From Chthoniobacter flavus (GTDB lineage Bacteria > Verrucomicrobiota > Verrucomicrobiia > Chthoniobacterales > JACTMZ01), in NCBI GenBank assembly GCA_945871065.1, contig CAMBUL010000002.1:15758-79757 (forward strand): a stretch of 64,000 nucleotides of DNA, in the 5' to 3' direction. Under the pieces are notes generated by a model. It ran no database searches. It was given only the letters and a program-made list of their open reading frames with translations, and was not told the DNA's origin. Of this stretch, positions 9,924 through 22,158 are shown in pieces. The stretch's first letter is position 1. Each line of letters starts with the position of its first letter. The translations under genes were made by a program, and so were the position numbers.

Positions 9924-10840
9924 GCCCGACCGATTTGCGAGCCTTGCATCTTGCCGTCCTCATGGGCGGTCCCGGATCGGAGCGCGAGGTCTCGCTGCGC
10001 TCCGGCGCGGCGGTGGCCCACGCATTGCGCGAGGGTGGCTATCGCGTGAGCGAGGTTGACGTGCACGGGCCGGAATTCGCTTTGCCGGAGGACACCGGAC
10101 TTTGTTTTCTCATGATGCACGGAACCTTCGGAGAGGATGGTCAGATCCAAGCCATCCTTGAACGCCGTGGAATTCCTTACACCGGAGAAGGGGAGGCAGC
10201 CAGTCGTGTGGCCTTCGACAAGTTGGAGAGCAAAAAACTTTTCGCGCAAGCGGGGGTTTCCACCCCGCGCTGGGAGGTGCTCCGGGCCGGCCAGCAGCCA
10301 GCTTTGTCCCTGCCAGTCGTAGTCAAAGCTCCGCGCGAGGGGTCCAGCGTCGGCGTGCACCTCGTGCGCGAACCCGCGCAATTGGAGGGGGCACTGGCCG
10401 ACTGTCTGGCATTGGACCGGGAAATTCTGGTCGAGGAATTGGTGGAAGGGCGCGAATTGACGGTCGGGGTGGTTGGCGACCAAGCCACAGCAGTGGTCGA
10501 GATCCGTCCGCACGAAGGGTTTTACGATTACGCGCACAAGTACACCAAGGGAGCTTCCGAGTACCTCTGCCCCGCGCCACTCAACGAGGCCGAGACCCGC
10601 TTGGTGCAGGAGACAGCAGTTGCCGCGCACTGCGCGCTCGGGTTGAAAGTTTACTCGCGGGTCGACATTCTCTTGCGGTCCGACGGCATACCGTTTGTCC
10701 TCGAGGCCAACACGATTCCCGGCATGACGGAAACCAGCCTTCTGCCCAAGGCGGCCGCTGTGGCCGGTCTCAGTTTTCTCGGGCTGTGCGAAAAAATCGC
10801 ACGGTTGTCCCTGCAAAGTCGCGCCACCCAACAGCCATGA
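9920..10840 (+). CDS. ddl: D-alanine--D-alanine ligase
   Basis: ATP-grasp protein with GGPGSEREVSLRSG, VVKAPREGSSVGV, LEANTIPGMT. ATGA overlap with the murC-murB stop. Confidence 0.93.
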   Translation: MSPTDLRALHLAVLMGGPGSEREVSLRSGAAVAHALREGGYRVSEVDVHGPEFALPEDTGLCFLMMHGTFGEDGQIQAILERRGIPYTGEGEAASRVAFDKLESKKLFAQAGVSTPRWEVLRAGQQPALSLPVVVKAPREGSSVGVHLVREPAQLEGALADCLALDREILVEELVEGRELTVGVVGDQATAVVEIRPHEGFYDYAHKYTKGASEYLCPAPLNEAETRLVQETAVAAHCALGLKVYSRVDILLRSDGIPFVLEANTIPGMTETSLLPKAAAVAGLSFLGLCEKIARLSLQSRATQQP

Positions 10841-11775
10841 ACTTTTTCTCCCGCAAAAAACCGCGCCGCCGTCGTCCTGTCCGCCGTGGTCGCCGCGAAC
10901 ATTTGTTGGAGGTGACCGCCACGGCGGAGACCGAGCGCCGCCGCCGCAACCAGAAGGCCCTGCTCTATACCTGCGAGGCTTTGTTTCTTACCGGGTTGCT
11001 CGTCGTGGCGTGGTTTGGTGTAAATTTGTTTGTCGAAAATTTTTTCACCAAGAACAAGAACTACGAAGTGCGGGTTGTGGAGGTGAACACCGACGGCGTG
11101 ATGAGTCGCGAGGAGGCGCTGGCCAGAACGGGCATCCGCGAGGGGCTCAATATTTTCTCGCTCAATCTCGAGTCCGCCCAAAGTGCCCTGACGTCCATTC
11201 CCGAGATCCAGTCCGCGCGCGTCGAGCGCATCTTGCCTGACACGGTGTCCATTTCGATCGAGGCGCGCCGTCCCGTGGCGTGGGTGGCGCCGGCGGACAC
11301 AGGTGCCGACCCCTCGACCATGGAGACGGCCTGCCTGGTCGACGCTACGGGGGTGATGATCAAGCCCCAAGGTTTCGAGGCCTCGTACACCAGCTTGCCT
11401 GTGGTTTACGGGGTACCGACGGAGCAGTGGCGTCTGGGAGACAAAATCGAAATGCCCGAATTGCTCGCTGCCCTTGATTTGCTCGGCCGTGCGGCCGAGC
11501 GCACCAATCCGGAGGTGAGGCTGCGCGCCGTGGATATTAGCAAGGGTTGGTGTATCACGGCATGGAATGACCCCCAAACCCGCCTCACTTTCGGGCCTGA
11601 AGACCTCCCGTCGCAACTCGACCGCATCCAACTCATTTTGCTCCACGTCGGTCAGACTTCGCGTCGTGTGGCTACGGTCAACCTCATCCCCGCGCGCAAT
11701 ACACCGGTGACTTTTGTGGGCGAGGCCCCGCCCGCCGAAGCGGCGACCGCGCCGACTACGGCCAAGAATCGCTGA
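10837..11775 (+). CDS. ftsQ: cell division protein FtsQ-like (basic tail, one TM, POTRA-like region)
   Basis: Arg-rich N-terminus and TM LFLTGLLVVAWFGVNLF. Sits between ddl and ftsA. ATG 10837 forms an ATGA overlap with the ddl stop; the ORF-track start 10786 would overlap ddl. Confidence 0.8.
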   Translation: MNFFSRKKPRRRRPVRRGRREHLLEVTATAETERRRRNQKALLYTCEALFLTGLLVVAWFGVNLFVENFFTKNKNYEVRVVEVNTDGVMSREEALARTGIREGLNIFSLNLESAQSALTSIPEIQSARVERILPDTVSISIEARRPVAWVAPADTGADPSTMETACLVDATGVMIKPQGFEASYTSLPVVYGVPTEQWRLGDKIEMPELLAALDLLGRAAERTNPEVRLRAVDISKGWCITAWNDPQTRLTFGPEDLPSQLDRIQLILLHVGQTSRRVATVNLIPARNTPVTFVGEAPPAEAATAPTTAKNR

Positions 11776-11780
11776 TCCCC

Positions 11781-12995
11781 ATGGCCCGCTCGCATCTACA
11801 TGTCGGCTTGGAAATAGGAACCTCCAAGGTTGCGGCGGTCATTGCCGAGACCCGCAGCGACGGACTGCTGCGCATCATCGGCACCGGGGAAGCGCTTTCC
11901 CGCGGCGTGCGCAAAGGCGAGATCGTCGACATCGGCAAAATCACCCTTTGCCTCAACGAGGCGGTCTCCGAAGCGGAGGAGAAGGCTGATCGCGAGATCG
12001 GCGGGGTGGTTGCTTCGGTCACCGGAGCGCATCTTGAAAGCCTCAATAACCGTGGAGGCATACCCATCCCGGATGATCGCGACGAAATCGAAGAAGAAGA
12101 CATTCAAGAGGTCGAGCAAAGCGCGCTTGATGTCAGTATTCCTGCGGGCAATGTCTTCCTGCATACCATCAACCAGCATTACTACGTCGACGGACAAGAG
12201 GGTGTCTCCAGTCCGCTCGGGATGATTGGGCGCAAGCTCGAAGCTGAATTCCATATCGTGCACGGCACGAAGACGCGCATTCAAAACAGCCTGCGCTGCA
12301 TCCGCGAAGCCAACCTCAAAGTGACCAATGTCGTGATGAGCGCCGTGGCCTCGGCGCACGCCGTGCTGGACCAAAGCGACCGAGAAAGCGGTGTCCTCGT
12401 CATCGACATCGGCGGCGGCACCACGGACTTTATTCTCTTCCGCGAGGGCTCCGTCCGTCAAAGCGGCGTGCTTGCCGTGGGGGGCGACCACGTGACCAAC
12501 GACATCTCGATCGGCCTGCGGGTTCCGACCAAGTGGGCCGACAAGCTCAAGATTGAAGAGGCTGATGTGGCGCCGGGAGCAACCGCAGCGCGCGGCACGG
12601 TGCGGATCGAGGATCCGACCTACGCTGGCGGGGAAATCGAGCGCTCCAGCCTGAACAAAGTGGCCGAAGCCCGGGTGCGGGAAGTTTTTGTTTTGGTCAA
12701 ACGTCGCATCAATTTCGACCGCCAAGCCCAATTTGTCGGAGGCGGCGTGGTCCTGACCGGTGGCACGGCCGAACTCAAAGGAATCGCCCCCCTGGCCGCG
12801 GATGTCTTCGGCGTGCCGGCCCGCGTGGCCAGTCCACGTCCTCTCATGGGCCCGACGGCCATTTTTGAAAGTCCCCGATGGAGCACCGCGGTCGGGCTTG
12901 TCCTTTACGCGCAGGCCGCGCAGGAAGCACTGGAGGAAATTTCCGTCTTTGACCGGCTGCGCAGCAAAATCGGACGGATTATTCCCGGGCTATGA
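11781..12995 (+). CDS. ftsA: cell division protein FtsA (actin-like ATPase)
   Basis: 404 aa with VGLEIGTSKV, DIGGGTTDF, LTGGTAELKG. Directly upstream of ftsZ. Confidence 0.92.
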   Translation: MARSHLHVGLEIGTSKVAAVIAETRSDGLLRIIGTGEALSRGVRKGEIVDIGKITLCLNEAVSEAEEKADREIGGVVASVTGAHLESLNNRGGIPIPDDRDEIEEEDIQEVEQSALDVSIPAGNVFLHTINQHYYVDGQEGVSSPLGMIGRKLEAEFHIVHGTKTRIQNSLRCIREANLKVTNVVMSAVASAHAVLDQSDRESGVLVIDIGGGTTDFILFREGSVRQSGVLAVGGDHVTNDISIGLRVPTKWADKLKIEEADVAPGATAARGTVRIEDPTYAGGEIERSSLNKVAEARVREVFVLVKRRINFDRQAQFVGGGVVLTGGTAELKGIAPLAADVFGVPARVASPRPLMGPTAIFESPRWSTAVGLVLYAQAAQEALEEISVFDRLRSKIGRIIPGL

Positions 12996-14245
12996 TCACG
13001 GTCGGCAGCAACGAGAGATTTTCCACCCCGCTTGCCGCCGTTTCCTCCGTCAAGGTCGTCGGCTTGGGCAATGCGGGCCTTGCCGTCCTCGCGCGTCTTG
13101 CCGGTGAACCGGGAGCACCGGCCGACCTTGTCGCGGTGCATACGGATGCCAAAGCGGTGGCTGCTTCGCCGGCGGCACGCAAAATGCAAATCGGCCATGG
13201 AGTGGCCAAGGGCCTCGGGTCGGGTGGGGATGTCGCGCGCGGCCGCGCTTCGGCCAGCGAAAGTCTTACCGATTTACGCGCCGAGTGCAAAGGGGTTGAA
13301 GTCGTGCTCTTGTGTGCCGGACTCGGCGGTGGCACCGGTTCCGGAGCAGCGCCCGTCGTGGCCGAGCAGGCCAAGAAGTCCGGCGCCCTGGTCATTGCCG
13401 CGGTGACTTTGCCCTTTGCCGCCGAGGGCTCGCGCAAGCGGGAACTGGCCGAGGAATCGCTTGCGCGGCTCGGGCGGCACTGCCTGGCTGTCTTGTGTTT
13501 TGAAAACGACCGCATGGTTGAGGTTGTCCGTGCGGAGGCGCCGGTGGCCGAGGCTTTTGGCGCGGCGGCGGGCGTTCTCTCGCTGGCCGTGCGGGCGGTG
13601 GCGCAAATGATCGGCTTGCCGGCCGTGATACCCGTCGGACTCGACGAATTGCTCCAGATGTTCGCGGGGGCTGATGCGCGGGCTCATTTCGGCTATGGTG
13701 TGGCGTCCGGACCTGACCGCGTGCGGCTCGCCGTGGCGCAAGCGCTGCGCAGTCCTCTCCTTGAGGAGGGCAAACTTTTATCCGAGCCCGGGCGCGTGCT
13801 CGTGCACCTGACGGGGGACGACTCGCTCACCTTGTCCGAGTTGCAATCGGTGCTGCGTCGCCTTTCGGACCATCTTGGCCCCGCCACATTGGTGCATTTC
13901 GGGGTGGCCAATGATCCGGCGGCCGACGGGAATTTGGGGGTTACCATCCTTGGCTGCACTCACTCGGGGGTGCCGTCTTTGGTTCCTGAAGACGAGGATG
14001 ACCTCGAGTTGCCCGCGGAGCCGGCGGCGGAGGCGGACGGACCTGCGGAAGGCGATAAGCCGGGCGATTCCGGAGGCAAACGTGGCAAGGGCAAAGGGAA
14101 GAAAAACGAGGCCGGCCAGACGCAGGAGGAGTTGCCTCTGGATCAGGCGATGCGGGGCCGGTTCAAAGACCTCGACCCGACGATGGTGGACGGTCAGGAC
14201 CTTGATATCCCCGCATTTATTCGCATGCGTATCCGCCTGAAGTAG
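12992..14245 (+). CDS. ftsZ: cell division GTPase FtsZ (divergent)
   Basis: Tubulin signature GLGGGTGSGAAPVVAEQAKK and C-terminal peptide DLDIPAFIRMR. The T1 and T7 loop regions deviate from the canonical sequence (see findings). Confidence 0.9.
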   Translation: MITVGSNERFSTPLAAVSSVKVVGLGNAGLAVLARLAGEPGAPADLVAVHTDAKAVAASPAARKMQIGHGVAKGLGSGGDVARGRASASESLTDLRAECKGVEVVLLCAGLGGGTGSGAAPVVAEQAKKSGALVIAAVTLPFAAEGSRKRELAEESLARLGRHCLAVLCFENDRMVEVVRAEAPVAEAFGAAAGVLSLAVRAVAQMIGLPAVIPVGLDELLQMFAGADARAHFGYGVASGPDRVRLAVAQALRSPLLEEGKLLSEPGRVLVHLTGDDSLTLSELQSVLRRLSDHLGPATLVHFGVANDPAADGNLGVTILGCTHSGVPSLVPEDEDDLELPAEPAAEADGPAEGDKPGDSGGKRGKGKGKKNEAGQTQEELPLDQAMRGRFKDLDPTMVDGQDLDIPAFIRMRIRLK

Positions 14246-14263
14246 TGGTAGTTTTTTGGTCTT

Positions 14264-16837
<2,574 letters not shown>

Positions 16838-16858
16838 GTCGGGGATAGGGCAACCGCT

Positions 16859-18136
16859 TCAGCCCAAACGCGGCGAGGAGGAACCGCCGCCGAGTTCGAG
16901 CGGCAGTCCGAGGATCCGGCGGCGAAGAAGGTCGAGGGCCGCGCTGGTGGTCATGTGTTTGAAGGTGACGCGGTCGAGCGGGAAGTAGCAGCGGCGGACC
17001 ACGGTGGGATATCCTTCGGCGGCGAGGGCCACGTAGACCGTGCCGACCGGTTTGTCTTCCGTTCCGCCGCCCGGTCCGGCGATGCCGGTTGTTGAGAGGG
17101 CATATCGCGCCCCAGAGACCCGGCGGGCGCCTTCCGCCATGGCCACCGCGACGGGTTCGCTTACCGCACCGTGCACGGCGAGCAGACTGGCGGGAACACC
17201 GAGGGTGTTTTCCTTGGCCTCGTTGCCATAAGTGACGTAACCGGCAAGAAAGACTTCCGAGGCGCCGGGCACATTGGTAAGGCGTCCGGCCAAGGAACCG
17301 CCGGTGCATGATTCGGCCGTGGCCACAGTGAGCTTTTTTTCGCGCAGCAGGTCGACCACCGCAGCCTCGAGGGCGGCGCCGTCCGAATAAATCCACTCCC
17401 CGACCACCGCGCGGATGGCGGGCTCGGTCTCGGCGAGGATGGCGGGTGGTCCGATGAGGCGGAAGTCCACTTCGGAGGGACGCGCGCAATAACCGACTTC
17501 GAGGTCGCCGCGCTCCTCGAGTTGCTTGCCAATGCGTTCTTCGACCTGACTTTCGCCGATGCCAGTGAGACGGTAAATGCGCCGCTCGCGAAAAGAGGAA
17601 GGGGGCAGCACGGCGCGGAGTTTGGGCAGGACGTGATCAACAAACATCGGCCTTAATTCACGCGGAGGTCCGGGCAGAAGGAAAAGATGGCGTGCGCGGT
17701 GTCCGCCTAGCACGGGCGGTGGAAAATAGAGGCCGGGCGCCGTCCCGTTCGGGTTGGGCAGGACTTCGGTGCCGGCTGGAACCATAGCTTGGCGCGCGAT
17801 ACGATCGGCCATGGGGAGACCGCGGCGGGCGAACCGTTGGCGGATCCCGGCCAGAATTTCCTCGTCGGGCCGCAAAGGAAGTCCCAGCAACTCGGCGGCA
17901 GCCTCACGCGTGATGTCGTCTGTTGTCGGCCCCAGCCCTCCAGTCGTGAAGACGAGATCCGAGCGGTCGAGTGCGGCCTCGAGGGCCTCGCGGATGGGCG
18001 GGCCATCGGGTACGCAAACCTGTCGGGCAATGGTCACGCCGCAGGGCGCGAGTTCCCCGGCGAGGTAACCGAGGTGGGTGTTGGTGACGAGCCCGAGCAG
18101 AAGTTCGGATCCCGTGTTGATCACCTCGGCTTGCAT
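16859..18136 (-). CDS. cinA: CinA-family protein (MoCF-type N-domain plus nicotinamide-nucleotide amidase-like C-domain)
   Basis: Begins MQAEVINTGSELLLG, has GGLGPTTDDIT, and a C-terminal CinA domain (ATAESCTGG). ATG 18136 overlaps the upstream gene's stop (TGATG). Confidence 0.88.
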   Translation of the reverse strand: MQAEVINTGSELLLGLVTNTHLGYLAGELAPCGVTIARQVCVPDGPPIREALEAALDRSDLVFTTGGLGPTTDDITREAAAELLGLPLRPDEEILAGIRQRFARRGLPMADRIARQAMVPAGTEVLPNPNGTAPGLYFPPPVLGGHRARHLFLLPGPPRELRPMFVDHVLPKLRAVLPPSSFRERRIYRLTGIGESQVEERIGKQLEERGDLEVGYCARPSEVDFRLIGPPAILAETEPAIRAVVGEWIYSDGAALEAAVVDLLREKKLTVATAESCTGGSLAGRLTNVPGASEVFLAGYVTYGNEAKENTLGVPASLLAVHGAVSEPVAVAMAEGARRVSGARYALSTTGIAGPGGGTEDKPVGTVYVALAAEGYPTVVRRCYFPLDRVTFKHMTTSAALDLLRRRILGLPLELGGGSSSPRLG

Positions 18137-18960
18137 CAGCCGCGGACGAGCAGGTGGCTCCAACGCTTGAGTCGCGCGTATTGGGCGCTGTTGCCCTGAC
18201 GGTGGTAAACGTAGAGAAGATTGGCAAGAATGCGGGCAAGAATTTGTCGCGGCGAAGCGGACGCGAGGTGCCAGTCCTCAAGCTGCTGATTCTGGCGGCG
18301 GAGGATTTCCTCGCAATCGCGCCGGGTCAGGATTTTTCCCTGATGGAACGGGTCGAAAAGGATATTGTCATAGCGGGCAAGAAAGTGACCGGGCAGGTTG
18401 ACACCTTCGACCGGAAGGCCGGCATGGTGGCCGACCAGCATGTAAACCAACGTGAGGGTGATGGGGATGCCTTTGCGCGAATCGAGCACGCTGGGCAGGA
18501 GGGAGTTGCGTTCGTTGTAGTAGTCGTCGGTATTGCCGACGAAAACGAGCTCGCCGGCGAGAAAGTCCGCCATGACCTCGACCTTTTGCCGGCTGGCCGG
18601 GGCGCGGCGAAGACGGCGGTCCAGTTCTGTCCCCCAGGTAGCCAGACGTTGCCGGTAAGGTGTCGGTTCAAATCCCCGCAGCATGGAGGCCCCCAAAAGC
18701 CAGCAGGCCTCCTCGAGGTCCGAGCTGTCGTTGAAGGCTCCGCACAGGTTTTCGAATCGGTCGAGAGCCTCGTGTTGCATCACCTCGTGGAGGACATCCC
18801 GCGCGTGGAGCGCGGCAACGGGATGGTCGCAGCCGGCCAAGTCGCGCAGGTTCTCAAGGTGGCCGACACCGTCTTGGGCAAGCTGATCTTTGACCAGCCG
18901 GACGGTCTGCTCGTCGTCGTCGGCGAGCAGGCGGACCAGAGCTGCTTTTTGCGGGTGCAT
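18136..18960 (-). CDS. SirB1/YchA-like transglutaminase-like plus TPR protein
   Basis: Core GIPITLTLVYMLVGHHAGLPVEGVNLPGHFLARY resembles the UPF0162/SirB1 family. 274 aa, typical size for the family. Confidence 0.75.
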   Translation of the reverse strand: MHPQKAALVRLLADDDEQTVRLVKDQLAQDGVGHLENLRDLAGCDHPVAALHARDVLHEVMQHEALDRFENLCGAFNDSSDLEEACWLLGASMLRGFEPTPYRQRLATWGTELDRRLRRAPASRQKVEVMADFLAGELVFVGNTDDYYNERNSLLPSVLDSRKGIPITLTLVYMLVGHHAGLPVEGVNLPGHFLARYDNILFDPFHQGKILTRRDCEEILRRQNQQLEDWHLASASPRQILARILANLLYVYHRQGNSAQYARLKRWSHLLVRG

Positions 18961-19106
18961 GCGCGTGAGAAGGAATTAAGCAGGTTGGGAGCTTTAGGCA
19001 AGCTGGGGGGGACGCAGCCGGCGGCAGGGTTGAGCCGGAGCGAGCGGCGGATCGGGGCTGAGGCCTGACTTCGGCAATCTGCCGGTGCCGTTCTTTTTGG
19101 TGCGTC

Positions 19107-19946
19107 CTAGGAGATCCCGAGCGAAAGGTCGATGGCTCTCGCCGAATGGGTGAGCGCACCGACCGAGATTTGATCGACGCCGGTGGCGGCAATCGCGGCG
19201 ACCGTGTCGAGGTTCACCCTTCCGCTGGCCTCGAGGAGAATTTCGCGGTCGGCGCGGATCTGGACGGCAGCGCGGAGCTGGTCGTTCGACATGTTGTCGA
19301 GGAGGATGATGTCGATACCGCGGAGGCCGCAGAGGAGGCGAACCTGATCGAGGGTGTCGGCTTCGATTTCGATGAGGATGCCGGGCGCACGTTTTTTGGC
19401 TTCGTCGATGGCGCGTTGCAGTCCGGTGGCGTCGTCGGTAATGGCCAGGTGGTTGTCCTTGGCTAGGACGCGGTCGAAGAGGCCGAAGCGGTGGTTGGTG
19501 CCGCCGCCGGCGCGGACCGCGAGGCGTTCGAACTCGCGGAGTCCGGGGGTGGTTTTTCGGGTATCGAGGATGACTGCTTTTGTTCCGGCCACGGCATCGA
19601 CAAAGCGGCGGGTGAGGGTGGCGATGCCGCTGAGTCGCTGGAGGAAGTTGAGGGCGGTGCGTTCGGCCGAGAGGAGGGCGCGGGTCGGGCCCGTGGCGGT
19701 GAGGATGAGGGTGGCGGGGGCGAGTCGGGCGCCGTCGTTCTGGTAAGCGGTGATCTCGATGGTCGGATCGACCTGGCGAAAGACTTCCGTGGTTGCTGCG
19801 GTGCCGGCCAAGATGGCGGATTCCACGGCGGTGAGGCGGGCGCTTGAACGGTGGTCTGCGGGGATGAAGCACTCGGAGGTGATGTCTCCGGAGCCGAGGT
19901 CTTCGGCCAGGGCGCGCCGGATGGTTTCGCGGGCGGTCGGGGTCAT
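19107..19946 (-). CDS. nadC: nicotinate-nucleotide diphosphorylase (carboxylating)
   Basis: 279 aa with EDLGSGDITS and DIILLDNMS; QPRTase-like layout. Confidence 0.9.
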   Translation of the reverse strand: MTPTARETIRRALAEDLGSGDITSECFIPADHRSSARLTAVESAILAGTAATTEVFRQVDPTIEITAYQNDGARLAPATLILTATGPTRALLSAERTALNFLQRLSGIATLTRRFVDAVAGTKAVILDTRKTTPGLREFERLAVRAGGGTNHRFGLFDRVLAKDNHLAITDDATGLQRAIDEAKKRAPGILIEIEADTLDQVRLLCGLRGIDIILLDNMSNDQLRAAVQIRADREILLEASGRVNLDTVAAIAATGVDQISVGALTHSARAIDLSLGIS

Positions 19947-19978
19947 GGCGGGCGGGCGGCGCGGGGGACGGATCTGGT

Positions 19979-21031
19979 CTAAAGAAGGTCGACCTCGAGC
20001 AGGTCGCGTTGCCAGGGGAGGAGGCGGGCACAGTTTTGCTGGGCAACGGACATCAGAGTCAGGCGCGAGGCGATGAGCGAGGGGTCGAGGGCGAGTTCTC
20101 GGGCCACGGTATCACGTTTTTCGCGGAGTTTTTCGAAGAGGCGGCAGGCGGCGCCGCTTGGACGAGCTTTGCGTTCGCGCTCGAAGACGGGCCATTCGCT
20201 TTCGGGAAGATCGAGGGCGGCGCGGAGAGCTTCCTTCATGCGGGCGTAGCGCGGGGGCGGCATGCGATGGACCTCGAATTTCTGTCCGGCCACAGCGGCG
20301 CAGGCCGCGTCGATCATGCGGTCGTTGGAGATGACGTGGAAGGTCGGACGGTCCCAAGCGCTGGCTTCGGCATCCCTCCAGTGCCAGAGGGCTCGGAGGA
20401 CAGCGGCCTCGCGGGGTGCGAGCTTGCTGCTGCCGTTGACGCGCCAGGCATTTTCCAAATCACGTTCGCGCGGTTCGCGGGCGCTTTGCACCATGGCGTC
20501 GCGGGACTGGCCATACCACTCCCACCGGCCGAGTTCTTTGAGTTGGTTTTCGAGGATTTCGGCCAAAGGAAGAAGGTAGCGAACGTCGTTGAGCGCGTAT
20601 TCTTCCATGCGTGGCGGGAGAGGACGGCGTCCCCAGTCGGCGCGCTGCGAAGCTTTGCAGAGGGTGACATCGAAAAATTTCTGCACCAGGGCGGCGTAGC
20701 CGATTTGTTCGAGCCCGAGGAAACGCGCGGCGATGGAGGTGTCGAAAATGTCTATGGCGTCAAAGGCGGGGTGACGTCCGAGCAGGCGCAAGTCGTAATC
20801 CGCCCCGTGGATGATGAGGGTGTGCGGGGTAAGAGACGCGTAGAATGCGGAGAGGTCGAGTCCTTCGGCCAGGGGGTCGACCAAAAAGTAGCCGTCGGGC
20901 GAGCAGACCTGCACGAGACAGACCTTCTCGTAGTAGCTGTGCAGACTGTCGGCCTCGGTATCGAGTCCGATGACCTTGTGCGTGTCGAGGCGGGTGGTGA
21001 AGTCCGCGAGTTGTTCCGGCGTGGAGATCAA
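19979..21031 (-). CDS. rnd: ribonuclease D-like 3'-5' exonuclease with HRDC-like tail
   Basis: DEDD motifs IGLDTEADSLHSY, HGADYDLRLL, ALNDVRYLL. Start overlaps the nuoC stop. Confidence 0.85.
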   Translation of the reverse strand: MISTPEQLADFTTRLDTHKVIGLDTEADSLHSYYEKVCLVQVCSPDGYFLVDPLAEGLDLSAFYASLTPHTLIIHGADYDLRLLGRHPAFDAIDIFDTSIAARFLGLEQIGYAALVQKFFDVTLCKASQRADWGRRPLPPRMEEYALNDVRYLLPLAEILENQLKELGRWEWYGQSRDAMVQSAREPRERDLENAWRVNGSSKLAPREAAVLRALWHWRDAEASAWDRPTFHVISNDRMIDAACAAVAGQKFEVHRMPPPRYARMKEALRAALDLPESEWPVFERERKARPSGAACRLFEKLREKRDTVARELALDPSLIASRLTLMSVAQQNCARLLPWQRDLLEVDLL

Positions 21032-21636
21032 GGTTCCGCGATGAAGGCCTGCTCGGGCGGGAGATCGCCAGCGCGACGGGCGCGCGGCTCACGGACTTCG
21101 GTGGTGCCTTTGACGGGTGCGGTGACGAACGGGCCGCCGGCCAGCGGGGCGGGTTCGGTGAAGGCAACGTCGGGCACGTCGCTGAATTTGCCTTCAAGCG
21201 GGAAATCTTTACGCAGGGGGTGGTAAGGGTAGCCGTCCCACATGATGATGCGGCGGAGGTCGGGATGGCGGGCGAAGCGGATGCCCATCATGTCCCATAC
21301 TTCGCGCTCGTGCCAGTTGGCGGTCGGCCAGAAGTCGCAGACGGTCGGGACTTCGGGCTCGTCCTCCGTGGCGGTGGTCTTGAGGCGGAGATGGAGTCCG
21401 TTCCCAAGGGAGTAAAGCTCGTAGACGACCTCGTAGCGCGGTTCGTGTTCGAAATTGTCGATACTCGAAATATCGAGGAGGAAGTTGAAGCCGAGTTCGT
21501 CGCGGCAGAATTCGCAAACCGGGCGGAGGGCTTCGGGTTGGAGTAACAGCGTCGTCTCGCCGCGGAATTCCACGCGGCCGGTCACGCCCGCGCCGAAACG
21601 GGAGGTCAGAGCTTCTGCGACGTCGGGAAGCTTCAT
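21028..21636 (-). CDS. nuoC: NADH-quinone oxidoreductase subunit C (30-kDa subunit)
   Basis: NWHEREVWDMMGIRFARHPDLRRI and HPLRKDFPLEG. Directly abuts nuoB. Confidence 0.88.
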   Translation of the reverse strand: MKLPDVAEALTSRFGAGVTGRVEFRGETTLLLQPEALRPVCEFCRDELGFNFLLDISSIDNFEHEPRYEVVYELYSLGNGLHLRLKTTATEDEPEVPTVCDFWPTANWHEREVWDMMGIRFARHPDLRRIIMWDGYPYHPLRKDFPLEGKFSDVPDVAFTEPAPLAGGPFVTAPVKGTTEVREPRARRAGDLPPEQAFIAEP

Positions 21637-22158
21637 TCAGATCGAAGCAAGCAGTTCTTTTTTCTGCTCGAGGAAAGAATGTTCGCCCATGATTTTTTTC
21701 TGCAGCCGCATGAGGCCGTCGAGGAGGGCTTCGGGGCGGGGCGGGCAACCGGATACGTAGACGTCAACCGGAATGAGGTGGTCGATGCCTTGGAGCACGG
21801 CATAGCTGCGATACATGCCGCCGGAGGATGCGCAGGCGCCCATGGCGATGACCCATTTCGGGTCGGCCATTTGATCGTAGATGCGTTTGACCGCGAGGGC
21901 CATCTTGTAGGTGACGGTGCCGGCGACAATCATGACGTCGGCCTGGCGCGGTGAGAAGCGCATGACTTCCGCGCCGAAGCGGGCGATGTCGAAGCGGGCG
22001 GCTCCGGCGGCCATGAGTTCGATCGCGCAGCAGGCGAGGCCCATGGGCATGGGCCAGAGCGAGTTGCTGCGCATCCAATTGATGGCGGTGTCGAGTTGGG
22101 TGAAAATGATGTTGCCCTCGATTTTGGAATCGTAGGCGTAAGGGTCGCGGTCACTCAT
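21637..22158 (-). CDS. nuoB: NADH-quinone oxidoreductase subunit B (20-kDa, N2 cluster)
   Basis: [28 protein letters not shown] 22158 (MSDRDPY...) chosen; the longer ORF start 22302 lies inside the M23 gene. Confidence 0.9.
   Translation of the reverse strand: MSDRDPYAYDSKIEGNIIFTQLDTAINWMRSNSLWPMPMGLACCAIELMAAGAARFDIARFGAEVMRFSPRQADVMIVAGTVTYKMALAVKRIYDQMADPKWVIAMGACASSGGMYRSYAVLQGIDHLIPVDVYVSGCPPRPEALLDGLMRLQKKIMGEHSFLEQKKELLASI

Noticed and set aside
18994-21226. Long overlapping ORFs (18994-20046 minus frame, 20009-21226 plus) across nadC and rnd
   Set aside because: Their translations are Pro/Arg/Gly-rich and nonsensical. The nadC and rnd frames carry family motifs and consistent stop/start coupling.
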